DNA from: Felis catus
Taxonomy: Eukaryota
DNA length: 64,000 nucleotides
Reading direction: 5' to 3'
NCBI RefSeq assembly: GCF_018350175.1
Contig: NC_058368.1
Coordinates: 61,010,001-61,074,000 of the forward strand
The translations under genes were made by a program, and so were the position numbers. A model generated the notes under the pieces. That model was not told where the DNA came from, searched no databases, and worked only from the letters and a program-made list of their open reading frames with translations. Of this stretch, positions 35,061-46,602 are shown one piece after another. Numbering within the stretch: the stretch's first letter is position 1; the number at the start of each line of letters is the position of its first letter.

Positions 35061-36028
35061 ATTTACAGAAATAAGATAGAGACACATATAAGCATAAGTA
35101 GAGATATGGGTAAAGATGATTGGCCATACAGTCTTTGCTACTTAGTTGCCAAACAGATCATACATTTCAGATTTGCATAATGTGAGTTTCTTAAGTGTAA
35201 AAAGTGTTATCCATGAGCATATACTAAAGCAGAATTTAACCATAATTAAATGACCTCTGCATGAAGAAAGGCCATCTCTACAGTACAGTTGACTTCTCTG
35301 AAGTAGTCTAGAATAGTGTGATGAGCACATAAGATAATCTATTTTATTATCACTATTACTACAAAAATAGCTTTGAAAGAAAACAGGAAAAAACACGATT
35401 TAAATGGTTATAACAAAACAACTTAAATGTAGAATGTTTTGTTTTAGGTTTTCTAATACATGAGGTGATTTATGGCAGATTTAGGACACTTGTAAACAAT
35501 ACTACTTGTTGATGCTACTATATTAGGTCACTGAAAAATAAAGCATCGATTCATATCACCACAAATAAGGTAAACTATTTCCCAGTTTTCCATAAAATAA
35601 TTCCTCAATAAGTAGCTCATTTGTTATGCACAAATTCCTTTTAGTCAAGTGCATTAACTGATGTTACACTTGATGAGGTGCCAAAACTCTGATTAGCCAA
35701 ATTACTTAAAATATTTTGCCCAAACAAGAGTGGAATAATCACAGCGTTATTTTTTCGATTACTAAGGAGCCTCATTGCAGTATTTGCTGAGATTTGTGAT
35801 GCAATAAAAGTATTTAGTTCTTAGGGTATAAACTAAATATTTGGATTGAAACATGACTTCAGGTGGAATGATAGCATCTGTAGTGGGGGTTCTCACAGTT
35901 ATCTTCTATTGGCTCCCAGCAAATACTGGCCAGTGATGATATCAAGTACAGAAACAGATTGTATCCTTACATTTTCTATTAAGCTTTTTGTTACAAGATA
36001 AGACTTCTGTTAAAGCTATTTTTTTCTT

Positions 36029-36221
36029 TCCTTTTTAAAAAGTTTATTTTTAAGAGAGTGCGAACAAGTGGGGGAGGGGCAGAGAGAGGGAGACAGAATC
36101 TGAAGCAGGCTCCAGGCTCTGAGCTGTCAGCACAGAGTCTGACACAGGGCTTGAACTCAGGAGCCATGAGACAATGACCTGAGCCAAAAAGTCAGATGCT
36201 TAACTGAGCCACCCAGATGCA
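36029..36221 (-). mobile_element. CAN-SINE
   Basis: SINEC body; ATTTTTTTCTT on both sides. Confidence 0.93.
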
Positions 36222-36509
36222 ATTTTTTTCTTAGAGAATTCAAATTATTGACACTTGATACGTCTTGTTTGAAAGGTCATTTACACATAGTTTAAATGTA
36301 ACTGAACATTAAGCATCTTTTGGCTTTCTACTGAAAGACTAAGGGACAACTAGGATTTAAATTACTGTTTCCCATTCACTTTGAGTAACAAAGCACTTTT
36401 CACCTTGGAGAAATTAACATTTGTGGTATCCAGATTGTATAGTTAGTTGAAGTCACTGGATGGAGTGAAAGTTGAGGTAGAATAAGCTTTGCTGTTAAAG
36501 GGAGGGAGA

Positions 36510-36728
36510 GGGGCACCTGGGTGGTGCAGTCGGTTAAGCGTCCGACTTCAGCCAGGTCACGATCTCGTGGTCCGTGAGTTCGAGCCCCGCGTCAGGCTCT
36601 GGGCTGATGGCTCGGAGCCTGGAGCCTGTTTCCGATTCTGTGTCTCCCTCTCTCTCTGCCCCTCCCCTGTTCATGCTCTGTCTCTCTCTGTCCCAAAAAT
36701 AAAAACGTTGAAAAAAAAAAATTTTTTT
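36510..36728 (+). mobile_element. Young SINEC_Fc-type SINE
   Basis: CpG-rich; TSD (TT)AAAGGGAGGGAGA at 36495-36509 and 36729-36743. Confidence 0.97.
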
Positions 36729-38689
36729 TTAAAGGGAGGGAGAAAGAGAAAAAAAAAAAGCAGGGCATGAACTGCCACCAGACAACAATTTTTATTTGCC
36801 TTTTCACACAGCTAGTATCCAGGATGCATGTGCCAGGCTTTTCATCCTACGTACACATTGCTCAATGGCTTTATTTTTCAGGTAAATACTATATATATAT
36901 AGTATTTTAAAATATGTTTTAAATATACATATTTATTTATGAATATATAAATATATACATAGTATTTTTAAATATATATATGAATTTTTTTGTACCTGAG
37001 TTTATGCCTCTTGTTAAGCACTGGTTGGAGATTTATGTAAGACGGTATAGGTTTAAACTGTCTCCTTGTATTTCACTGACTTTGTTTAACTGTTTTTGTG
37101 ACCATTATATGTTGGATTTAAGAAGAGAGGAAGACATGCATTGATTACTTTTTTTTTTTTTTTTTAAGGAATTCAGGTGTGGTCATGGAGTCAACTGGCT
37201 ATAGAACTTTGTCAGGAAAAGGGTTTGATTATTAAAACCCATTTCCCAGACTTGCATTCACTTCCACTAATTGGGAAAGGCAAGGGTAGTGTTTCCTTGG
37301 ATTTTACCTTACACAATATGGGTGGTCCAGAGGAGATTGCCCAAGAATTCTACCCTGAATGAGAGGCAGTAGTCAAAACTTTTCACATCTGGACTAAATT
37401 TAGTACTCATAGTAGATTATCAATCTCACAGGTAAAGAGATTTCTATAGTAGGTACTTATTCTTGCTTATACTGTGGCCATCTTGCTCAATTTATGATTA
37501 AACCAAAATGTCAGTTGTGGAGAATCTTACCTTACATTTCAGCATCCATGGATGGTTTCTCTACACTTACTCAGATATTCTGACTCTCAAGTGAGAAAAT
37601 CCAAGGTCTTCACTAGCATTTGATTATTAGTTTTACATAGAGCTAAGAGAAAATCTTCAATAATTAATAGTTATAATGACAAAGGAGAGGGAGTAATCTC
37701 TGCCTATTTTCCTCCTTTTTAAAAGTAAGAATGATGTTTGTAGATTGAATTTTGTGCCTAGTTTAAAAAAAAATATTTAAATGTCACATTGCCTAAAACA
37801 TTAAGCCTGTAATACTTGATTGAAGAACAAATAAAACAATGCATGGGGATTTAGACTGCCTTTTCGGCTGTCATCACTACTTTACAAATGGATTGGTACA
37901 GTGAAGATTTTTGTACTTGTCTAATTTATTAAGCTGCTTTAATGCAGAAAATATTATCCTACTGGCCTAGATAGTTGTGGCAGCTTCCAGAAGTCCCAGT
38001 TAACCATTAAAAAGCTAAGTACTAGGTATATGTGATTTAGTCTGTATATTAATATGGTTACTTAGAATGGATTCATGGGTTATACCAGCACAGTGACTAT
38101 ATTGACATATATAGTCTGTTTACACTTTCCACATCTACTTACATGGCATGATGTGCATTCATAAGTTAATCAAACCTTTCCTAAAGGGGCTGCCAAAAAG
38201 GCACTGCTTTGGAAGGGCAAATGAAAATTTTGGAAAAGCAAAGGCAATATAAGGAAACCAAATTAAATTACTATGTTGAAAATCACAAAAATCTTGAACA
38301 TTACTTGATTTCTGAAGAATAGGGAGATTTTGGATCAAAAATGTTATGTAGATTATATAACTTATTTAAGGATATCCATTTAAACATTGAGAAAATTAGT
38401 ATAATATGATTAGAAATCTTAGTCTCCTATCAAGTAGGCAACTCTAGATGAGACTGTCACTCAAATGATACATTTAGATACTTGTAATTCTCTTTTTAGA
38501 GAACACTGAGTCTTTAAAAAAAAATTGGCAAGATACTTCCTTCCCTTTGGCAGATAAAACTTTCTATGAATCTGACAGCTTTTCTCTTCCCAAAGGGAAA
38601 CACATGACTAAGTGATGTTTTTCTCACTTAGTAATAAAAGATTGTGTTTTGAAACTGTGTATTTTAAAGAGAACAATGATTTGTATGGG

Positions 38690-38892
38690 TTTTTTTTTTT
38701 GTTTTGTATATATAATGTTTCTTTTTGAGACCGAGTGGGAGTGGGGGAGGGACATAAAGAGAGGGAGACACAGAATCCCAAGCAGACTTCAGGCTCTGAA
38801 CTGTCAGCACATAGCCTGATGTGAGGCTCGAACTGAGATTATGACCTGAGCCGAAGTCAGATGCTAAACCAACTGAGCCACCCAAGTGCCCC
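38690..38892 (-). mobile_element. CAN-SINE
   Basis: SINEC body with a T-rich tail. Confidence 0.92.
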
Positions 38893-41526
38893 ATGACTGT
38901 ATGTGTTATATCTCTTATATTCTCTTTTTTAGTCATAACACTATGTACCTTTATCTAATTCTATTGTCTAATCTCTAATATCTACTTTTTTCTGATAATA
39001 TTTTTATTCATATTGTATATACTGAAGAATAGTCTATTGAACTCCAAGATGTCTAAAATTAGCTGCTTATGTTGAAGGAATTTTATTTCGATTTACAAGG
39101 GGCTTCTGCCAAGTCAACACCTTTCATATGACAAATAATTATATACATATAGAAATTTCCCTCTAAAATAATTTGTAGGTATTATTTTCATTCTATATTT
39201 AAATACAGATGTGAATGTCACATTATATGTTAACACCTCAGGTTTTACTAATAACTGAATTTGTCTGGTAATGGTGGCTTTTGGAAAAGCTTCCGGAAGG
39301 CAATAGCATTTTTGCTAGACCTTGAAAAATGAGCAGGCATTAAGCTAATTTGTGTTGTATAGCATTGGTGTGCTAAATAGGAGGCACTTGGCACTTTTTA
39401 TTGCCAGCAGAAAAAATGATTTATATGGTAGAGATCATGAATTCAGAATAAGAACGATGTACACGCTATGACATATATTATGGGGAAATTACCTAAAACC
39501 CTAATATTCCATGCTTCAATTTTAAGCATTTCTTGGAAATAATTGTTCTTAATTTAAATACTCATGCTGTTATAATGTTTAAATTAGGGAAGTCTAATGT
39601 TACTCCATTTGATTCTCATGCATAATTTCCATTAATGATGATAAACCCACTAAACTTTAATTGATGTTATATCTCATATTCATGCCAATAGGAGAGCCAA
39701 TACAATTTGCAACAATGACCCACAGTATCTGTATATTTCTATGTAAGTCACTTTGCTGCCAAATTAACAAACATCATAATATGTGATGCCAAGATCATAA
39801 ATGCTCTTTTAAAAATCTAAAATCATGGAAAAATACTGGAATGTATACATGGTAAAATTCTAACTACAATAAATCACTAAAATAACAACCACTGTTAAGT
39901 TGAAAAGAACCCAGAGTGTGCACTTGCTAAATGTGTCATTGTTCTAATCGTGGTTTGTCAGATTTCATTATGACAAAAAGATACTCATTCCTTGCCAAGA
40001 AATTTGATAGAAATGAATAATTAGGCAAAAAACATACAAACAGATTTGAGCTTATTTGAAGGAAAAAACAAGTGCTAGAAAGTGGCAAATAAAAATACTT
40101 CTATTGACTGTTATTTTTACCACAGTGAAAATCCAGTTTTTCCTGTTTGGTGAGATAAACCTGAATTTTAGTATTCAGAGATTTCAGAGTATTCATTTTA
40201 CTTCCAACTCGTCTGTAAAGTCAGCCTAAAAAGAAATTATATTGCTATTTATATACATTTTCAAAATCCTAATTAACATCACATTCACCATTTAGTAAAT
40301 CATAGAGTTAGCCTTTCATCTTTAAAAATTGAAACTGCATGAAAGGACACAACTGTAATGAACTTTTGAATTAGTTTAAATATTTACATGAAACATTATT
40401 TTCTGAAAAAGTTTAGCATGTCTGTTAATTCCCTAAATTTTCATCATTGTCATACAGTAAATATATTGCTACCATTAAATGTAACCACTGAGACACCTGT
40501 CTTAAGATACATATGAATAATTATCTGGGTGGGGTGGCTAGAATAACTTGTTAATGCAGTTGACTGACTTGCTCACATCTGTTCCTGCCCAGCATATTGA
40601 AGTTGGTATATGTAGTATGACTTTAATTAATTTCATCAGCAAGATAAAAGTACTCTAGGATACTTAGGTATCTTTAATAAATGTATTTTAATTATAGAGA
40701 TTATCGTTGAAATTTTGAATTTAAATATTGAGTCTAATGAATAAATTTTATGCAAATTAGTTTTCAAAGTTTCTTATGTTATGGTAGGTTAACAGAATTC
40801 AGCCAATATTGAACTGTATTGTTTTTAAACATTGACTGAATTCATACCAAAGATTAATTGCTAATTTAAAAAAATGTAGTTTTCAGCAAATTGAGCAGAT
40901 CTATTTTTTTTTAGTAATTGAGGGAAAACATGAATAGAAAAGTAAAACAAAATACAAATGTCAGGAGGAAGGAGAAAAATTTAAGAGTAAGTTAAGGAGG
41001 CAGAGAAACACCTGGACATTCTGATGGAAATGATGATTAGGAAACTCTGGTATGTCCTTATGTCTTTTTTTTTTTTTTTTTTTTTTTTGGTGTGAGGGGT
41101 CTCTTTTAGCTTGTACTCCTGGATTAAAACAAACAAACAAAAAACTGTCACCAGAGAACTGAGAGCATTTCAAAGGAAGAAAAAAAACACACATATTTTT
41201 AATATGATGCAATCAAACTTCCTGAAGAGCTTTCTGTAACTTGACAAGCTCACACTAATCTTGTAAGAAAGGATAGCATCAATGATAGCCAAGAAGAAAA
41301 GTGAGAACAAAGCAAGATATTTGCCTTAAAACATATTGAGACTTTTGACCATATGAATTAGTATTGGGTTACATTCGTGTAAGGATGGAGGAAAAAAGAA
41401 AACAAAAGGCAAAATGACCTCAAAATAGATATATAAATATACACATTTGATTTATTGCAGAGCTGGCCTTACAAATGACTGAGAAAATGAGATTTGATTT
41501 TTACTGTAGATTATTCAGAAAAATTA

Positions 41527-41732
41527 GCAGAGCCTGGGTGGCTCAGTCAGTTAAGTGTCCGACTTCAGCTCAGGTCATGATCTCACGGCTTATGGGTTAG
41601 AGCCCTGCATGGGGCTCTGTGCTGACAGCTCAGAGTGTAGAACCTGCTTTGGATTCTGTGTGTCTTCCTCTCTCTATGCCCCTCACCAGATCATGCTCTG
41701 TCTCTCAAAAATAAACATTAAAAAAAAAAAAA
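41527..41732 (+). mobile_element. CAN-SINE
   Basis: 'gcctgggtggctcagtcagttaagtgtccgac' head and an A14 tail. Confidence 0.93.
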
Positions 41733-41849
41733 CCTATGGTGTGGGGGGATAGTGAAAGTTGTATGTTTTAGAAGGTAGTACAGAAATTAGTAATTTTAAG
41801 GATGTATTATGACAGAGCTTGCAAGTAATATGGGGAAATTTGAAAATAT

Positions 41850-42737
41850 TCTAATATTTAAACTTAGGATTTATACATAAAAAATATCATAAAATGAAAG
41901 ACACACCAAATACTGCAAAAAAAATCCAATTGCAATAAGACAATAATAATCAGAATATAAAGTATATCTGAATCAGCAAGATATAAAAATGTGACCATAA
42001 ATAGAAAAATGTCAAGAACAGGCATTTCAGAGAAGATCAATAAGTGATCAATAAACGTGCAAAGAATAAAGAACTATAATACTATAATGTGCTGCCATGA
42101 TAGCCGTTAAGATCTTGAGAGCCACAGCTTGACCAGTTTCCCCTTCTCACTCTGCTCCCATGGTTCCTCTTCTAAAAAGTCCTTATTACCAAATGGAACA
42201 AGTTCATAACCTGCTTATGGTGAGGTTTGTTCCTCACCAGCCCTCAGAACTGTGCAACCAAGCAGTTGCATCTTTCAGCAGGACACAAGGATTACCTCAC
42301 CCTCTTAATGTTACAAAGCCTGCTCCCCACCATATCCCCTGGCCTTTCACTATGTTCTTGAGTCCAGCATCCAGACATATAACCCTGCATGATGTGCTGT
42401 GTCCCCTACACCTGTGCCCTGAGTTCATGTGATAAACTAGTAAACTAAAAAACTAGTCTTGATCTTCTCTTTCTATTGTCCAGTGTCATGAGTTAGACTA
42501 TCCTCATAACCCCCAGGTAGAGTCACTTCCTCACCAAAAGGGTGAACAAAAGGTGGTGGAAACAGTGACACCTAAAGGCACAATAAATATCATATAAACT
42601 AGCCATTTTGGTAAACCCTGGGAAAGCTGGGCAATAATAAGTGTTAGGGCTATACATGAGAAATGGTAATCCTCTACTACAGGTAAAATCATGTTTTCAC
42701 AAGACTTGCAAGATGAAGTTGCACATATGGGGGGGGG

Positions 42738-42775
<38 letters not shown>

Positions 42776-43300
42776 CTTTTAAAATGTGTAACAGAAGACA
42801 ATTCAGAATACTTATACATGTTCAAAATTAGATAAGTAAAACTAGAAACCAAATACCCACCAATAGCAGAATGAATAAATTCCAGCATATTCATAAAATG
42901 TTGGGAAAATATTTGTAGAATATTATATATCAGTGAAAAAATAAACTAGAACTCATTTACCACATGAAGGGATTTAAAAACCTATCTTACTGAACATGAA
43001 GCGCAAGAGCTAGCAGATCATATACTCTAAGAATTCCTTTATAACATGTAAAAACAGTGTGTAAGCATGAGATACCCATACATGTAGTAGAACTATAAAG
43101 CAGAGCAAGGCTAATGGCTAGCACAAAAATAAGGGTTGAGGGTCTCTCTGGAGGAGACAGAGGTGGCTGGTTAAGATCAGCACAGGAGCACAGATGGCTG
43201 GACGAGGTACCAGCAATTGCCTATACAGCTAGTTGTACAGAGAGAAGGTACTCATGTTCTGCAAATGTATTGTCCGCTCTTTCTTTGCATATTTTATATC
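41850..43300 (+). mobile_element. Ancient L1ME-type fragment, interrupted by an LTR and a (GT)n repeat
   Basis: A-rich degenerate ORF2 end and 3'UTR ('aagaacaggcatttcagagaag', 'catacatgtagtagaactataaagcagagcaagg'). Confidence 0.55.
42090..42564 (+). mobile_element. ERVL-class solo LTR (MER73/LTR53/MER88-like)
   Basis: TG...CA ends ('tgctgccatgatagccgttaagatc' to 'ggtggtggaaaca'); internal 'acctcaccctcttaatgttacaaagcctgc' matches this LTR group as recalled. Confidence 0.7.
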
Positions 43301-43329
43301 AGAAAAAGGCTTTAGTACATACATGAGGA

Positions 43330-43760
43330 TATGTACGTCTTTTGTCTTTGATTTATTTCATTTAGCATAGTGTCCTCAAGGTCCATTCATGTTATGACAA
43401 ATACATATCTATTTGTTTACAGATTTTTGTGTGGATGTAAGTTGCCAACTCCTTTGGTGACATATTTTGTGTATGTGAGTTTCTAACTTCTTTGGTAACT
43501 GTGCTGTTATGGTAAGCGTATGATGAGATCTTTAAGAGTCAAACGATCTTCCTAAGTGGTTGTACCATTTTTGCATTTCTACCAGCAATGAATGAAAGTT
43601 GCTGTCGCTCCACATCATTGCCAGAACTTAGTGTGGTCAGTGTCTTGGAGTTTAGCCATCTATTAGGTACATAGAGGTAGCTCGGTGTTCTTTTCTTTTC
43701 TTTTTTTTCTCCTTTGAGGTAGTTCAGTGTTCTAACTTGCCATGCCCTAATGACGTCAAA
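43330..43760 (-). mobile_element. Old L1 (L1MC/MD-type) fragment
   Basis: 'aagtggttgtaccatttttgcatttctaccagcaatgaatgaaagttgctgtcgctccacatc'. Confidence 0.78.
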
Positions 43761-44059
43761 CCGATTTTTAAAAATTTGGTCCTGCTTGTTTTGTTGTTCT
43801 TACAGGGATAATTGGTCTGGTCTAAGAGTGTTTAGTAGAAGTCTGGCTGTATTAGCTTAAGAGCATTTTTGCTACATTTTGGAGCTGTTTCAGGTCCCTC
43901 AATTTGTCTAAAATGTCTATTCTAGTGCTCATTGTGCTAGGTAATGCAGTAAGATTAACCATTTGAATCATGTAGGTTAAGTTAGATTTACTTAAGGGTC
44001 TTCTAAAATTTTCTGCTAATTTTCTCCTAAAGAAAACATTGCAAATAATCTTAATTACA

Positions 44060-44275
44060 TTTTTAAAAATTTTTTAATGTTTATTTTTGAGAGACAGGGG
44101 GAGAGACAGAGTGTGAGCAACGGAGAGGCAGAGAGAGAGGGAGACACGGAGTCGGAAGCAGGCTCCAGGCTCTGAGCGTCAGCATAGAACCCTGCATGGG
44201 GCTCAAACTCACGAACCACGAGATCATGACCTGGCCAAATCTGACGCTTAACCAAAAGAGCCACCCAGGTGCCCC
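44060..44275 (-). mobile_element. Felid CAN-SINE
   Basis: Full SINEC body; ATTACATTT on both flanks. Confidence 0.94.
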
Positions 44276-44413
44276 ACCCTTGATTACATTTGTTAATCTC
44301 ATTGTTAAATCTGTACTAAATTATGGTAACATTTAGAATTTTCTGATATGACAATTTAAGATCATGGTTTCTGTTCTAGTCGATAATAGGGCCTCTTTAA
44401 AAGGAATGTTTCC

Positions 44414-44619
44414 GGGCGCCTGGGTGGCGCAGTCGGTTAGGCGTCCGACTTCAGCCAGGTCACGATCTCGCGGTCCGTGAGTTTGAGCCCCGCGTCGGGC
44501 TCTGGGCTGATGGCTCAGAGCCTGGAGCCTGTCCCCGATTCTGTGTCTCCCTCTCTCTCTGCCCCTCCCCCGTTCATGCTTTGTCTCTCTCTGTCCCAAA
44601 AAATAAATAAAACGTTGAT
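44414..44619 (+). mobile_element. Young SINEC_Fc-type SINE
   Basis: Most CpG-rich copy in the window ('ggcgcagtcggttaggcgtccgac...ccccgcgtcgggc'); flanks AAAAGGAAT(AT)GTTTC. Confidence 0.97.
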
Positions 44620-45310
44620 AAAAGGAATATGTTTCAAGTTGGATGATATTTTTGTAACCTTACAATTCTAATTTTGTGTCCTATATATATAATTTTTAGT
44701 GAGAAGAATTCAAGTTGTACATTAGATTTTTTTTTTTTTTGTCTCTGTGGTAAAACTAGGAATATATTTTGGATAAAATCTCTAAGGAAAATAGCAATAT
44801 ATATTTTTTGTAACTGGATTACAGGAAGGTAGTAGGTTTGAAATAAATTCCTGAGGGAGCATCAAACTCTGAAGAATAAATTTTGCTCACATACAAAGGA
44901 ATATCACTGGCTCTTAAAAGATTCTGGAGTCTAAAGATACCTACTTAAGAGAAAATCAGACATATAAAATTTTTCCTTAGGGGGAAAAATATTTTTTCTA
45001 CTTAAAATGAAATGCAAATGCAAAGTAGGGAAACTTATGCAGTAATTGAAAACCTTTTTAACTGCTAGCACTTAAAGTGGTCTGTTAATGTTATTGTCAT
45101 TGCTGGTTACTGAACTAAGGTCTGATGTATAGCAGATCCTAACCACATCAGGTACTGAGCTGACCGTGAAATAATTTGTTAAATCATTTATAAGTAATCC
45201 AGGCATAAAAAAAATTCAGAGATATTAAAGAACATGGAATATATTCTTTTAAGTATTGATTTTTCACTTTTGTGTTCTTAAGTATTTTTATTGCTTCTCT
45301 GGCTTCTATT

Positions 45311-45490
45311 GATGTTTATTCATTTTAAGAGTGTGAGCTAGGGAGAAGCAGAGGGAGAGGGAGAGAGACAGAATTCCACTCAGGCTCCATGCTGAGCATG
45401 GAGTGCTGGGCTTGATCTCAGGACCATAAGATCATGACCTGAGCAGAGATCAGGAGTTGGACCTTAACCAGCTGAGCCTTCCAGGCGCCC
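45311..45490 (-). mobile_element. CAN-SINE (first of a double stack)
   Basis: Flanked by CTCTGGCTTCTATT (45297-45310) and CTCTAGCTTCTGTT (45491-45504). Confidence 0.9.
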
Positions 45491-45504
45491 CTCTAGCTTC
45501 TGTT

Positions 45505-45718
45505 TTTTGTTTGTTTTGTTTTTTAATCCTTGTTTAGAGAGAGAAAGTGCACGCGCGCACGCGCGCACACACACACATGAGAAGGATGGGGCAGAGAGAA
45601 AGGGAGAGCGAGAATGCCAAGCAGACTCTGTGCTGTCAGTGGACAATTCAGGACCATGAGATCATGACCTGAGCTGAGATCAAGAGTCAGGTGCTTAACT
45701 GTGCCACCCAGGTGCCCC
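45505..45718 (-). mobile_element. CAN-SINE (second of the double stack)
   Basis: Followed by CTGGCTTCTGTTTTT at 45718-45732. Confidence 0.9.
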
Positions 45719-46399
45719 TGGCTTCTGTTTTTCAAACAAAGTGAAGAGTTTAGGTTTCCTTATAAGTAAATAAATTGAAATTTAATCCAAGAATGATTCA
45801 TTATAGTAAATTGGTTTTATTCCTATTATGAGATATATGGCTTTAAATTTATTAATCTGTTGCCTATTTCCCTTACATGTAAAAATAGCATATGTGATTA
45901 GATACATATATGGTTTAGCATACTACTATAGAAATAATATATAATAGGAATAATATATACTATTTTTAGCCATCTGCTGCTATTAGATTTCCTTACTTGA
46001 ATATTTATCTGAATTATTAGGATATGTGAAAGCATGTATAAATAGAGTTTGAATTTAGGGAGAAAAGCAAATAATTATGAAATATTTAGGGAAGATGAAC
46101 AACAGAAAGAGAAGATTCTAATCCTAGAGACATATGTTCTAATTCATTCATATTTGAAAATTATTTTAGTGGCCTACTCAAAAATGTGATCTCACCATTT
46201 ACCTCAGTCAGCACTGATTATATTATTTCAGTGAAATTATATTCTCTCACTTCATTTGCAGCTAGATGTGGCCGTGATACTAAAATTTAGACAATGGTAT
46301 ATGTGAATACACATATATTACTTATTTCATTGGAAGTTCAACTGTTATATTGACCTGTCAAGGCAAGAGCTTTGTGTTAAGAATGGGTAGCAACAATTC

Positions 46400-46602
46400 G
46401 GGTGCCTGGGTGGCTCAGCCGGTTAAGTGTCCGACTTCAGTTCAGGTCATGATCTCACAGTTTGTGGGTTTGAGCCCCACCTCAGGCTCTGTGCTGAAAG
46501 CTTGGAGCCTGCTTTTGGATTCTTTGTCTCCTTCTCTCTCTGCACCTCCCCTGCTCATGCTCTCTCTCTGTCTCTCAAAAATAAATGTTAAAAAAAAAAA
46601 AT
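46400..46602 (+). mobile_element. CAN-SINE
   Basis: Full body; AAT(G/C)GGTAGCAAC on both flanks. Confidence 0.94.
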
